A stretch of 63,021 bases of DNA, filler included, from Bigelowiella natans CCMP2755 (lineage: Eukaryota > Protista > Cercozoa), in the NCBI GenBank assembly GCA_000320545.1. It is 5 parts of 5 records of this genome, joined end to end, with 100 filler letters (N's around TTAATTAATTAA, not from the genome) between each part and the next. Parts side by side here need not be neighbours in the genome. Positions count along the whole stretch, not along the records: positions 21,571 to 44,920 come from ADNK01000428.1; positions 45,021 to 54,965 come from ADNK01000079.1; 3 more parts are not named here. One strand, 5' to 3'. The position numbers and the translations under genes were made by a program. The notes under the pieces are model-generated. The model was given only the letters and a program-made list of their open reading frames with translations, was not told the DNA's origin and did not search any database. This document shows, piece by piece, positions 38,618-52,401 of the stretch. The stretch's first letter is position 1. Every line of letters begins with the position of its first letter.

Positions 38618-40067
38618 CTACACCTCCAACTCATCCGGATCATCAAGTTCCTCCACGATTATGCCTTTAAATTCTTCCTGACGACGTGTTTCATTATCCG
38701 CGACTACTACCACGGGAGGTGCAATGGTCTCTACTACTTCTTCAGTTTGCTCATCGTTTTCCGCATTCCCATGTTCTTTTCTTGCAGCATCAAGAGTTAA
38801 TGCCTCGATTTTCAGCTCTCCCTCCTCCTTCCCCTTGGCTGTTACGTCGGTAGCAGCTACGGACGTGCCCTTCTCCTCTCCACAACTCACAATACCAGCT
38901 ACAGCAGTAGTTTTCTCCCCAACGGCTGCTACAGAGTTCCTTCGGCTGGTGATGACCCCCTGGTATTGCTATCATATCAGAACGACAACAACAGGCAACA
39001 ACGACGTAGTGAAAATGACGACGAGTACGCGCCAGAGCTTAGCAATTGGTGCTAGACTACAATAACATATTATTGACAGAAAGACCTTAAGATACTCCTC
39101 TTTCTGACTAATCTGAGCCATGAGGTCACGCGCTTCGGCATCTAACTGAGTGCGCCTGAGCTTCAGTCTCGCACAATCTTTGCTTGGCCCTTCTAAAGCC
39201 TTCATGTCCTCTTTAGCCTCTACGAGACGCCGACGAAGAAGCTGGGCGATAATGATGAGTATGAAGGAACAATAATGAAGATACGAAGGAGGAAGAAGAA
39301 GAAGAAGAAGAAGAAGAAGAAGAAGAAATGGGAGGGGGAAGACATTTAGATGGCCTTGTCACCAACGAATTTCTCAACACAGCTGCTCTAGTCGCCTTTG
39401 ATTTCTTCCATCCATCATCATCATTATCATCATGATCATTATTGTGATGATTGTGATCGATATCATCCACATATTCTCTGTGCTGTCATCACAACTACTG
39501 TCGCTGATTCTTCATTACTCGATTCTGTTGGCGAAGTCCCACAAGCCCCCCTGTCCTCTCGTCTTCGGCCCTCTCTGCAATCTTTGCCCTACAGAATCAT
39601 CGTGATGATCATCTTCCAACCAAACGTCGCAATCATACCAAGTCTTTTTAGCGCGCCTTAGGAGGAGTTTACGTATCATATATGTGCTCATGTGTGCATG
39701 CGTCTGCTGGTGGATGTGTACGAATAGTACAGCATTAAGCCCTACTTGAGAATGTCGTTCTCGGCTCTTATCGCCTCGATGACACTGTTCATCGCTTCGG
39801 CTTGCATCCGAAGAGACTGGATTTTCTTCTGGTGCTGGCCCTTTGCAGAACCGCTGTACATCTTAGGCTCAATCTAAAGCATGCAGCGCCGCGCACACCA
39901 CCAGCGGCGGCATCAGTTTCACTCAAAATCATCGGCAGAATGGGGCACAATTGTTATTTACCGCAAGGCCCTTCTCAAGACGCCACTTCTTAGCCTCGGA
40001 GTCAACGTATCGCCACGGGGCTACGATCAGGTGCGGCTTTTTAGCCTGGCAATGGGGATGAGCAAAG

Positions 40068-40108
<41 letters not shown>

Positions 40109-41197
40109 AGAGAATAGTTGTCATTATTGACACTGGGAGGGACGAGTGAGTAGGCAAGCTTGCATGCCATAGCATGGGAGACGTGCGACACATTAAGGAT
40201 GCATATATCACGCACAGAGTCTGGGGCAAACATCCAAATCCGTGAGGAGCCAATGGCGTTAGAGATGTTCCATGTTCCATCCTGCAGCAGCAGTTAACAA
40301 CAAACAGCAATCTTACGACGTCACCACGAGCTACCACAGACAGAATCCTCATCTATAACTATAATTACAACTGGCGTTTTGTAAGGGAGGAGTGGACCTT
40401 GTCGTGGAAGTAGAGATAAATGGGTAGCTTTTCGTGCCTGAACGTGCTGCGAGCCATTGTAGTCGAACCAGCAGCAGCGGCGGCGGAATTGGTGGAAGAC
40501 GAGGAGGGTGATGACGAGGAAGAGGACGCAAAGTGGCACTCGCGGTAATACTGCACAATAGAAATATTGATGGTGAGGAAGGCCTTCACGCATCTTCCAC
40601 TACTCAACCAAAAATATGATCACATAGGACATCTGGTTTGCTTCTAGTTATCATGAATCTACAGTGCTAACGAACCTCGTGGTAGACACCCATGCAGTCT
40701 TTGAAGGGGCCATGATGCCCGAACAGCTTATAGCTCTCCTGTGGCCTGCAGCGACAATCCATTAAATATCATCCATTAAGGTTGATGGCAATTATCTGAT
40801 TGTGAACAGAATGACGATGTTGTTCCCGGTTGTTGGCCCATGAGTAACTGCTAACTGGCATTATTTTTACCTCTCCATTTCCGGATGATTCATAATTGTA
40901 ACTTCTTCTCAACGAGAAGAAGTTGTCCTTTTTTCTGTATTGATCTCTTTCGTTCCAGTTCGGAATTCTCCCTTGTGTTCGGTAGTAGGAGGATCCTCCG
41001 CGGGCCTCCCTCTGACACGCGACATTTATGTAAATATATGCATTTGAAATCGAGCACGGATTGAACTTCTGTGCAGAGATACAAAGACTAGATGTTGCAA
41101 AGATGTGATCCCGACGAAAACAGCAGCACTTATCAATCCTCCCAATCCCAAGCTGAGAGATTGCGATCAACGTGCCCCATATTTTCCAAAATACCAT
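38618..41197 (-). CDS. Hypothetical single-pass membrane protein with C-terminal coiled coil and acidic tail
   Basis: Phase-consistent exons CMGVYHE/WKMREG...VPLCVLFLVITLLVFHQF...HVQ/MRILSVVARGDV/DGTWNISNAIG.../AKKPHLIVAPWRYVD.../MYSG...QAEAMNSVIEAIRAENDILK...ELDDPDELEV*. Start uncertain. Confidence 0.6.
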
Positions 41198-41373
41198 CCA
41201 TATATATTTATACAGTTAATGCTTGCCATCTTCACATAATAGCATGCATAACTTACAATCTCTTCTCTTTCTCTCTCCCTCTTTCTCTCGCTCTTCCGTG
41301 CTTCTAATCAGCCGAAGGGTTGCCGCATTTCGCGCCAAAGAGCATCTTTGTCGCGACCTTCAATTCCCTTCAA

Positions 41374-42116
41374 ATGCGGCGTCTAAGACGTAGTTTTCGG
41401 CTTCAAATTCTCCTTGAAATTGCAGTGGTAAAAAACACAGGATGATTTTAATCTGCGACAACAACTTGCTGAATGTCGTAGGAAGTTAGATTTATGGTGC
41501 TCGACGTTGTGCTCCTCTGTTCACAAGCGAGTCACCGGAAGTGCTTTTTCTCGGTGGTCTCCCCCTCCCCAAAGTAATTGATCGCTTCAGTGAGTTTTCA
41601 ACGTTGTGGATAAGGGGAGCGCAAGGAGAAGCGGTTGGTTGATCTCTTCGGGGCGTACAAACTTATCATCGTTCATCCTCGCTGATGTCTGTTAATGCCA
41701 GTTTGCCAATAAGAGAGAAGAGGAGAGGGTGGGGGAAGGAAAAGATAAAGAGTATATGAAAGTGTGTGTGTATGGTGTAGGTGGGTGTGTGTCTGTGTTG
41801 TGAGTGTGCCGTATGTGTGAGAGAGAGAGAGAGTGAGAGAGAGAGAGAGAGAGAGAGCCAGAGAGGAGAATAGGCAAAAGTGGATGGGAGTAATGAATAG
41901 GTCTTTTGACAAAACGATAATTTTTCCTCTTTTGTTGGAAACCCCTCTCCCCCCGAGCGCGCGCGCGCGCGCTCACTCACTCACTCTCTCCCTCTCTCCC
42001 CCCCCCCCCCCCCCCTCCCCCTCTCTCTCTCTCTCTCTCTCTCCCACTGCGAGGATATCAGGTTAGATCTTAAGAGATTTAATAGCTAAACTACACCTTG
42101 ATGAAAAATCACTTCA

Positions 42117-42182
<66 letters not shown>

Positions 42183-43387
42183 CAAGGCCTCTCAATCCAG
42201 ATGAGCCGGTAGTTTGGCATTCTCGCGACGACGTCAAGGACTTAAAAGCAGTCCTCGAGTCTTATGTGGAGCAAGAGAAGGCTGAGAAGGGAGGAGGAAG
42301 AGTAGGAGGAGGAGGATGTTCTAGGCAACGGATGCTCGACCTCTCTCCTTTTGGACTGGAGGACGTGCCGGAGACTCAGCTCTTCGATGTGAGACAGTGG
42401 AATGTCGATTCTAAGGTGGTGTGGTTGATAATATCATACATGATGATGATGATGATGATGATGGAGACGACTATGCTCCTTTCGGTAGAAGTAGACGTCG
42501 TCGTAGTACCTACCAGTAACAGCAGGAGCTGCATTGATGATGTGTGTTTGCGGAAAAGAGGGAGAGCGGTATCGATGAGAATTTCCAGATTAATAAATAC
42601 CATAAGCGAAGGGGGCTGCTATTGTTATTGTTGTTGTTGTTGTTGTGCCCTTTTTCCTACTCCTCCTCCATCGAAACAAAAAACTGAACTTGGTTGTGGC
42701 TATGATTCCAGATGCTGGGGGGCTCTCATGCAACTCTACGCGAGCTTGTAGGATTCTTGGTACATTATCTCCTTCTCTGTCTTTCTCCCTCCCCTCCCCT
42801 CTCCAATTCTCACGCGCACACTCAAGGACCCACCCCCTTTTGATGGTGGCATGCAAGAGAAGGACTGTTCCCTCCACACACAAAACATGTGCTTACTTCT
42901 TCTACTTCGGTAAGAAAGAGCAATCTTTAAAGACCCTCTCCACAAATGGGTGATGATTACCAGGTCGATCGCTATTGCCGTACTTGCAGCGTCGAGTATA
43001 TGCATATAGGCATCAAGGAGCAACGAGAGTGGCTACGCTCGCGCTTTGAGGACGACGTAAGTCTCACGAGCGAAATTGCCTCTATTGAAGAGAAAAAGCG
43101 GTCCTTGAAGCATCTCATCCATGCGGACATCCTCGAGCACTTCCTGGCCTCCCGCTTTCCGTCGGCCAAGAAATTTGGGATAGAGGTGGGAACTGGATAT
43201 AAGGGGGGGAGGGGGGGGGAGGTTGGATGTAGGTGCACCGCTTGATCCTCTTCTTCTTCTGCCGTTTGTCACTTTTTCGCGTTGATTGAATGCGATTTAA
43301 ATCACACATATACTGTCCACGCACCAGGGTTGTTGGTCATTGATTCCTGGTCTCTTCGAGATCCTCCTCACCTCCGCTAAGCTAGGG

Positions 43388-43421
<34 letters not shown>

Positions 43422-43450
43422 CAGCAGTAGTAGTAGTAGTTGTAGTAGTT

Positions 43451-43483
<33 letters not shown>

Positions 43484-44675
43484 CCGCAACATCATCCTTT
43501 TTTGGCAAAGGATTAGGAGGGAGAGGAGCAGGCAGGTGAGAGGAAATAGGATAATAATGGGGGGAGTGACTACGATCTGATGGCCGAATCAGCTACAATC
43601 GTAGTGTTTTTCCCTGGTTCAAACGACTAGATACGATGATTCTTCGCATTTAATTGACGGCTGCGTGCATGTGTGTGTGAGTGTGTGTGTGTGTGCGAGT
43701 GTAAGTGTGTCGTGTGCATACAGATCATGTTGTATATCAGCTGTGATTGCTGACCCCCCTCCTTCTCCTCTCATCGTCGTCAGGTAGAGCACTTCGAGGT
43801 CGGAATGACTCACAGAGGAAGGCTTAATGTGCTTGTTAATATCCTACAAAAGCCATTGCGCACAGTAAGATGGAGGACCTAGCTAGGGGGTTGGTAAAGC
43901 TTGAAAGGACGAGGGGTGTCTACTTGTCTTGTCAATCTCTCCGCCGCTTTCTCTTCCTTTTGCTCTGTTTCTCTTTCTCTCCTTCTCCTTCTTCATGATG
44001 CAATGATTTACGAAGTTTCCCTCCTCCTCCTCCTTCTCCTCCACCTTCTTTTCCTCGTCGGCACCATAGTTCATTTACTGCTGTTTTGGATTATTATTAT
44101 AGGTTCTTGGCGAGTTTCTCCGGGGATCATCGTCGTCGTCACAATCATCATCATCATCATCATCATCGTCGTCGTCATTTTCGCCATCACACTCTTCATC
44201 ATCCTCACGCGAGAGATTTCACTCTGGCGACGTGCAGTACCACCTTGGAGCTTTCTCCGAGCTCGATCTCACCGAAATTGGTGGGGAGGTGGGGGGAGAC
44301 CAGCGGCGATGAAAAATCTGCGTGTCGCTCAATCCGAATCCGTCGCATTTGGAATCGATAAACCCTGTCGTAATGGGAAAGGTGCGCGCGAAGCAAGCAT
44401 TTCTGAACGACACGCAGCGCGAGAAAGTGCTCGGCATTCTTCTGCACGGGGATGCGTCTTTCAGTGGACAGGTGTCGTCGTTGCTGTTCAGGATAAAAAT
44501 GCACTCATCCCAGCCACTCCAGACAAAACATTTAAGCTAAATCGAGGTGCTGTAATTGATCAGGGTGTCGTGCATGAGACGATGGAGCTCTCCAATCTCG
44601 ACGCATATACGGTGGGCGGAATGGTGCATGTCGTCATCAACAACCAGATCGGATTCACGACTGACCCACGGACAG
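41374..44675 (+). CDS. OGDH: 2-oxoglutarate dehydrogenase E1 family (N-terminal half; 3' end lost in gap)
   Basis: [44 protein letters not shown], the ThDP motif [12 protein letters not shown] and [10 protein letters not shown]. One in-frame TGA at 44310-44312. Start uncertain; a DHTKD1-type paralog is not excluded. Confidence 0.92.
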
Positions 44676-44704
44676 GTAAATAGATAAGACAGAGAGAGAG
44701 AGAG

Positions 44705-44735
<31 letters not shown>

Positions 44736-44920
44736 TATATATATATAATAAAATGATGACAAGTTGTGAGGAGAGATGAGGATCTCTCTCTCCCCCCCCC
44801 CCCCCCCCTCGCTCTCTCTCTCTCTCTGTCTTATCTATTTACCTGTCCGTGGGTCAGTCGTGAATCCGATCTGGTTGTTGATGACGACATGCACCATTCC
44901 GCCCACCGTATATGCGTCGA
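44598..44920. repeat. Near-perfect fold-back duplication at a contig end (probable chimeric-read artefact)
   Basis: 44807-44920 is the reverse complement of exon and intron sequence at 44598-44711, and ends exactly at the gap. Confidence 0.8.
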
Positions 44921-45020
44921 NNNNNNNNNNNNNNNNNNNNNNNNNNNNNNNNNNNNNNNNNNNNTTAATTAATTAANNNNNNNNNNNNNNNNNNNNNNNN
45001 NNNNNNNNNNNNNNNNNNNN
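44921..45020. other. Assembly gap with artificial linker
   Basis: 44 N + TTAATTAATTAA + 44 N. Confidence 0.97.
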
Positions 45021-45388
45021 TTTTTCTTCCCCCCCCCCCCAAAAAAAAAATAAACAACCCAACATAAAAAAGTCCCCGGGGGGGGGGGCTCCTCCCCCCC
45101 CCGCCAACGCGGAAAAAAAAAAATGCCGAGGCCCCTAATAAAAATATTCCGGGGGGGGGGGGGACTTCTCTCCGCAAAAAAACACATCCAAAAAAGTTTA
45201 TGACACCCGGGGCGCCCAGTAAGAAAAAAAAAAAAAAAATTTTTTTTTCCCCAGGTTTTAAAAAAAAAAAAAAAAAAAAACGCCCGGGGGGGGGGGGGGG
45301 GGGATTACCCACACACGGTCTCCTAAATACTTGAAAACAGTATTTACTAATCCTCTCTTTTCTTTTTTTTTTCTCCTTCTCGCTGCAG

Positions 45389-45738
45389 CTACGAGCTTTA
45401 CATGCAAATGGTGGAGGAGGCCGTGCGGGATCTCCATGTGGTGTCCCTGGCCACTGCGGAAAGCTGCGACGTGTCTGGTCTCCTTTCTCGCACGCCCATA
45501 CCAGACCCGTCCGCCATTGCAATCCCTGAGAGCTACATCCCAAATCCCACAGAGCGCAGCTCTGAGCTCATCGCCCTCGTCAATGCGCCGACGTCTCGGC
45601 GGCTGCTGCAGGTGGGGGGGCGGTTAGAGCGGAGCTTCGGCCCGCACCCCCCCGAACTCGCGACGATGATCCGCGCGCTACTCCTTGCACTTGTGCTGCG
45701 GAGGCTTGCTGTTTCATCTGCAACGTATAGTCGTCGTT

Positions 45739-45770
<32 letters not shown>

Positions 45771-46315
45771 CGTAGCAGTAGTAGTGATGTAAGAAGAAAA
45801 AGAAGAAGAAGGTAGTAGTAGAAGAGGTAGTAGTAGGCTTGAGCCGTTCCAATATGTTTGAAAATACGAACACTGATAATATCATATATAAGATAGATAT
45901 ATTTATATATTTATATATGAGATACATCCCTGATATCAGCGATTGTGCGGGGCGGAACCGCCGTCTAGTAATGGCTGGAAAAACTTACCTTCTCACTTTT
46001 ACCCCCCCCCTCCCCCTTGTACCTGCGCGCGCGACGGTCGCAAGATACGACACGCTGCGGAATCGCGTTGTGCTTAAGGCCGAAGGCTTGCAGTTGCGCC
46101 ATTGGGAGGCCTTATTTCCAAGAATTGATGAAAAGTTAAGGGACCGTGTGCGGTTTCGTGAATCAAGGGGTGAGATCTACGTGCGCGACGTGGAAAGCTT
46201 GAATTCGGGGCAAATTGTCGGGCAGCTGCTCATGGGATTTATACCCGTCACAAAGTAGTGCTAATTTGATGAAGAGGAACTCCCCTGTGTATATGGGGCG
46301 AGTGAAAATCGAAGA

Positions 46316-46357
<42 letters not shown>

Positions 46358-46645
46358 TATAATTTATAATAGTTATAGTATTTTCCAAAAAAAGATAGTG
46401 CTTTCGGGTAACTCTTCATGGATTTTTGTCTTGCTGCAGCAGGCGCTCAGCCGCATTTGAGTCTTCCAATATATTCTCGTTTCTTCTTTAAAGCGATATT
46501 GAATGCCTACACCCTTACGCATCACCTCGAACGATGTATTTTCCGTAGATTCCTGGAGGACACGCGATCTCAACTAGAGGCTGAGCTCGTCGATGGTAAT
46601 TCCGACACCGATAATGGCGCAGATGGCAAAGATGGCAGTAGGTAG
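45389..46645 (+). CDS. mfd: Transcription-repair coupling factor Mfd, C-terminal TRCF domain
   Basis: YELYMQMVEEAVRDL...AIPESYIPNPTER...RLERSFGPHPPEL matches the Mfd C-terminus (LYxxMLEEAV...IPxxYI...DRFGxxP); last exon 46550-46645. Confidence 0.8.
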
Positions 46646-46779
46646 GGGTATAGTTCCATGTGTGAACGCCTGGGGTGGAGATCTAATTGACAGATGGTTG
46701 GGACTCTTTATGACTGAGAACGGAAAGCAACATTCAAATTTAGCTGATACCCACACCAAACTTTAGAAGGCGCTCAGTG

Positions 46780-47600
46780 ACGGTCTGATCGACCGCATGC
46801 TAGCATGCCCCACGAGGAGGAGCGCACATCTAGACATATTACCATCATAAAAATAGTGCGACGACTTGCACGTCACAGCGCACATTTATACATTGCATAC
46901 ACCACTGTCCATGACACATGAACATCATGGTGCCTGCCATTGTTGAAGCATACGTCTGTGCTATTCATAATTTTGCACAGCTAAGCAGCGAGATGACTTA
47001 TAGACTATATTGGGAAAATGCAATTATTGCTTCAGTGCACCTGAATACCTGCTAACCATTGTGCATCTCAAAATGAAAGTCTCCTGCAATGATCCACTTT
47101 CGCTATCGCTACGTTGCATCCGTCTCATGCATGAGCAACAATAGCATAGCCGCACATAGCCGCACATAGCCGCATATGTAATGCTAGCATGCTGCTATTG
47201 TCAAATATAATATAAGAGCAAAGATCGACATGATGCGCGCGCATGTTTGATAAGCGATGGTATCGTAGGTCGTCTGCGTACTGATGCTACGTACTCATCC
47301 GCCATGCACGTCTATGACTGCTGATGTGTCTGCTAGTCTCGTGCGACGTGTGTACTCTACGATGTGCGTCAATGTGCACATGTAGCTTTACTTAGCCGAG
47401 GCCTGCATTTTGCAATCTCATACTGGCTGCAATCTTCGCACCTTCTCTTTATGCCGGCGCGCAGCCTGCGCTAGCTAGATCGAATTCATTTTTCTAAAAT
47501 ACTGCAGAATCAATCTAGGCAATAATGCGCCGCATGCGCATGCACAACACGCATAGTTTGCTGGTTATGGAGCACTAGAGCATGCAAGACTCCTGCTACA
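46780..47600. other. CTAG/RY-rich intergenic island between convergent genes
   Basis: CC/GG-poor and gcatg/ctag-rich; contains the core fragment ttgcatccgtctcat at 47114-47128 and (atagccgcac)x3. Confidence 0.6.
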
Positions 47601-47624
47601 ATTTTTAATCTTTAATATTTTTCA

Positions 47625-48342
47625 TCACCAAGCATCTCTCGCTGCGTCTTCTACGACATCATACAGCGCGCGGAGCGCGTTTCTAGGCGTGATGCTAAGA
47701 AGCGGAACTTGTGTTTTCCCCCCTCCCATAGACATTGGCACCTTTGCGAGGAAGTCATCGATCTCACTTGGCTGGATTCGTTGGAGACGGGGACCGATTC
47801 CCTGCGCTACAAGTTCGTTGAGTTTGACATCTTTTGCGACCGAAATATCTTTCCTGACACCGAGTATTTTATACGGATTTAATAGTAAGCGTAGGATGCA
47901 ATGATTTATTGATGTTATGTATGGCATTTTATGTATATTACCAATACAGCTTCCAGCCATTGATATCTACATAGGCATCTCGTCCAATGCTCTGCGCCAA
48001 TTCCGCATATTGTGACCTCTGTTGAACTACGCCTACGTTCCAACGCGTTGTTGTGGCACTGTTAAAAAAATCATTTCGAGAAGTGGAAACCAACATGTTA
48101 CCTTCGTCTGACACGAACGCAGCGATATCAATGAAGCTGTCGATCACATCCGAGAATTGATTCTTTGAGCGCGGGACTGAAATCCGATGCAAAAGCTGAT
48201 TGCGCGGCGAGTGGCGGGTAGAGCGTCTTGCATGTACCAATGGTAATGAGCGACATCTCAAAGACGCAGGATTAATCTTCGCCTCCCCTAAATTGACGAT
48301 GATGAATAGGAAAGGAGCCAGGAGGGAGGTTTGGGCGTGCAT
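47625..48342 (-). CDS. DUF3181-family protein (cyanobacterial/plastid type) with a bipartite-looking leader
   Basis: YAELAQSIGRDAYVDINGWKLY and FLAKVPMSMGGGKTQVPLLSITP match DUF3181; N-terminus LLAPFLFIIVNLG is followed by an R/S-rich, acid-poor stretch. Confidence 0.8.
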
Positions 48343-49235
48343 CTCTTTTTCTCTTGGGTATGACACGGACAGAGAACGGTAAAAATATAGGCAGTTTTAT
48401 TAATACGACAAGGATTCTCAGATATAAAAAACTAAAACAAAGTTTCAAAAAATGGTATGAAAAAGGAATAGGAAATCTGGAAATCCATATACTTTTCCGT
48501 GAAGAGAGTTTGTCGCAAGGGATAGAAACCATTGTGATTCAGTTCACGCACGGGACCGCTCTGGCGTTTCAAATTTGGAAATCCGGAGTGATACTTTTAA
48601 GCTGTTCATCGAAGCCATGAATCTTAATAAAAACTTACGCATATTACAATTTAGAATAACGACAACAATAGAATTTTATTTCTTCCCAAATTCTAATGGC
48701 TGATGTTAAGGTTTTGTCTTTGCAAAAAAAGCAAGCTATGAATGTAGAACTATGAGTCTCCCATCATTACTTTCATGTCACGAAGACGTAATATCATTAT
48801 ATTGAGTAATTTCCATTCTCAATCGTTGCAGAATTATTTTTTTGGAGTCTTAAAATTTATCATTGAAGATCCCTCTCGCATTCACTAATATCAGATCAAA
48901 CACCACAATTCTATGTGGCTATGGGGCTCCAAGGCTACAGCGATGCAGGCTAAGAATGGTGTTGGAAAATCGAGTACATTTTTGCGATGCCTGCACATAT
49001 TTGTCATGTCGCTAATAAATAATCATCGCACAAAAAATGAAAAGTCCGATTAGGTATACTCTTCGATGTTAGAATAACAGTTGGTCCGATCAATTTTACA
49101 GTTTATTTAGGAGTTTGTCCTATGTTTGCTATATAGCGACAAGGGAAATAGAAGTCTCCTAACGAAATATTGGATGTTTGTCAACGGTTGATCCTGGAAG
49201 AGAGACTCTTACATAGTCGTGGGGCCCCATACACC

Positions 49236-50199
49236 ATGCGTAAACGGCTGAGAGAGCCGGATGGCGATGCTTCATTCAGAGGAGCCAGCGTTCCCCGATC
49301 TTCATGGGACCAATGCGTGCCCTACGCGTCGAAGCAATCTCCGGAATCTCGTATGAATTCGTTTTCCCAGGCCAGCCTCCTGCAGCGTCAGCACCTCCAG
49401 GTGTATAGCTGCAGCTTAAATCAAGGGCTCAGTTACCGAGAATAGCGAGAATTTAATCCTCACGATGTGACTTGAAAGTTTTTGTGCATCTTACCTACTC
49501 TGAGTTCCTCTCATTTGTCAAATATATCCAGGGCTATGACACCTCCCGTCTGATAGCAGCAGTAGAGCCCTCGCGCAACACCGCCCCGAAAGGAGTGTCT
49601 CCTTACCATGGAGGAGCGGCACTCATGGGCCCCACCAACCCTTCGGTGAGCACAGAACGAAGAGATCCATTTTATTCCCCCCCCCCAGCTTTCAAAAACC
49701 ACGTGTAGTCGCTCACCATCGCCTCCCCCTGCAGGCGGCCCGCGGGTACAATCCAGGAAATCCAAGGCGATACGATGCAAGGATCCAACACCTCTACGAG
49801 ACTCAACCGATGTACTCGGGAACTATACCTCTCTCAATGAGTACGAACCGGAAAGCGAGCGATGGTCGCCCTTTTGTCTGGGCGAAGGCACCAGACGTTG
49901 CATATGCGCCTGCACCCGTGAAGAGCAATGTAGGGTTTCGATATGAAGCACACCCGTCGCATGTAAGAATGGCGGCCGAGGGATATTCTCAGTCGGGGGC
50001 GGTATCTGCTGCAGTAGCTCGGTAAGCGAAAATGCAAATAACGACCTCAGCTTATTGAGTTAGATAGCCGGCATGATATACGCGAGCATCCTCCGTCTTA
50101 ATTGTGGAAGTGCCCTGAATTCTGGCACCATGATCGATTTCAATAATAGTCATAATCTTTGGCATGATTACTGCTCTCACCTTCACTATCATCCTTTTG

Positions 50200-50270
<71 letters not shown>

Positions 50271-51084
50271 TATATCCCCTCAGATACCGGTACGAACACA
50301 CGCCGCGCCTTCAGCATCAGCAAGCATACGGTCAGGCTGCGGCGCGGGAAAGAGAAGAAGATCCTACCAAGCGGAGGGAAGAAATCTTCAAAAACTGCAA
50401 GTGGTCGTGTCAATGCGGCGCGCAAGTACGCTTTGTGTACGACGGAGTAAAGGCTGGCAAGATGAACTTAGCCGAGATCAGGAAACATCTCCTCAACTCG
50501 TGCAACTTCTTTGCCCGCATATTTTCAGACGGGCTCATTCGTATACGCGCCGGAAAAGGGAACGCTCTTCTTAATAAATCAGGTGCATTGTCATCTTTAG
50601 TATGGTGCGGGGGGGGGGGAGAGATGATGTGGTCTCCTCGTCATATCCCGCTCTCGCGAGATTCATGATTTAGAAGCGTCTGCAAATGCAAAAAAAAAAA
50701 CGCCGAGTAACCTGACAGAGGCAGGCACTTTCTCTTTCTCTTTCTCTTTCTCTTTCACAGCAAAACATACGCACAGCCAACCGCAAAGCAAGCATGATTG
50801 CACAACAGCGAAGCTGACAAGGAGGGGGCACTGGGAACAGCCTACTAACATGTTGTTTGAATGAACGTACAGACAGCAGGAAGGAGCCCGAGATCGAGCA
50901 TGCTCTACAACAGACGACGCAGCAAATTAAGTACTTATACCACGACTGGAAGTCCCGGCACTTGGCCGACTACGATTGGCTGATAAACGCCTCCCAGTTT
51001 ACGGTAGGCTATTAAGAGATACATGTTGCTTTGAGTTAAAATTGCTGCTTCCCACACACACACACACATACCATGGAGCAGTGA

Positions 51085-51124
<40 letters not shown>

Positions 51125-51351
51125 CTGTACGTGTGGTGAGAGAAGGGGGAGGGGAGAAGAGGTACTACGCCTATCTTACTATGCGTTGTTGGAGATTTTT
51201 GACGGTTCTTCCATGTTCCCTCCTCCTCGCCCTCCTCCTTCTCCTCCTCCTCCTCAGGAGCCATCGAAGTCCACCGTGAAGAAACAAGCGCGAAGGGTAG
51301 GCGTTTGCTGCTCTAGGAATGATGATAAATATACAAATATATAAATTATAT

Positions 51352-51409
<58 letters not shown>

Positions 51410-52255
51410 GAAAGGGGGGGGGGGGGTTAGACAGAGGCGAGAGAAGAGCGCAGCCCAAGATAATGCCGAACCATGAGAGCCATTTCTGCAGCAGCTGCTG
51501 TAGCAATCGATGCTCCTGCTCTATAACCCAGCTCTCGCGCGCAGCGCGCGTCCTCCCATTCTTCCACTAAAACAACAATGAACCCACAAAAACCAACCAG
51601 CTCTTCGAGATGAACCAGAGCAAGATGAAGAAGCAACGTCAGGGGCAGAAGGGGGGGGGGGCAGGAGGGGCGCCAGAAAAGGCCTCGCCAACTTCAAGAG
51701 GGCCGGGGTGCACGGAGCTCTACTTCGAGTTGAGCTCGGGGGTCGTCATTGACGCGGCCTTCCTGCGCAATCTGACGAGGGGGCTGCACGTGGATAGAAT
51801 CGAGCTCATGCGGCTCACCGGGCCTGGGGAAACAGATTGGGTGCGTGATGATAGTGATGATGATGATAGTGATGATGATGATGATGATAGTGATGATGCT
51901 CCGTAGGTTGAAGCTCTCGAGAAGAAGAAGGCCCAGGGCTCTGACCCCCCCCTCCCCCCCGCAAAGACCGAACCTCCTAAAATCGAGAAAGAGCACCACG
52001 ATGATGATGGTCGTGCGGATGCTGGCAAAAAGGATAATGCGGCTGTAGCAGTAGTTACAACCGAAGGGGGAGGGGGGGGAGGAGGAAGGACCAAGGCAGA
52101 CAACAACAAAGAGGCGCAAGGGGATAATGACGAAAAGGGAGAGACTACAGGCGAAGTAAAGGAGGAGGGCAAAGCAAAGAAGGAGGAGGGCGAAGCAAAG
52201 AAGGAGGAGGTGAAAGCAAAGGAGGAGGTGAAAGCAAAGGAGGAGGTGAAGAACG

Positions 52256-52289
<34 letters not shown>

Positions 52290-52367
52290 TAAGCCACCTG
52301 CTGCTGCTGTAGCAGAAATAACAACAACAAAAGTATGGGCGAGGCTGCACCCTAAGAAGGTGACTGT

Positions 52368-52401
<34 letters not shown>

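Noticed and set aside
40676-40693. MGVYHE as the start of DPH3/KTI11
   Set aside because: No CPCG/CxxC zinc ribbon follows; it is an internal exon of a membrane protein.
43901-44683. 260-aa ORF as a membrane protein
   Set aside because: Off-frame read-through of OGDH introns and exons; only the last ~38 codons are in the true frame.
44598-44920. ~115-bp inverted repeat as a hairpin RNA or TE
   Set aside because: It copies an exon-intron junction and ends exactly at a contig edge, typical of a fold-back chimeric read.
45021-45380. Homopolymer-rich ORFs (e.g. 44965-45543 minus strand)
   Set aside because: Low-quality read end next to a gap; similar stretches occur at ~2340-2560, 14960-15274 and 21350-21470.
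51694-52350. 218-aa hydrophobic minus-strand ORF, and many other poly-L/V/I/CV ORFs in the track
   Set aside because: Antisense or off-frame shadows of K/E-rich exons and microsatellites.
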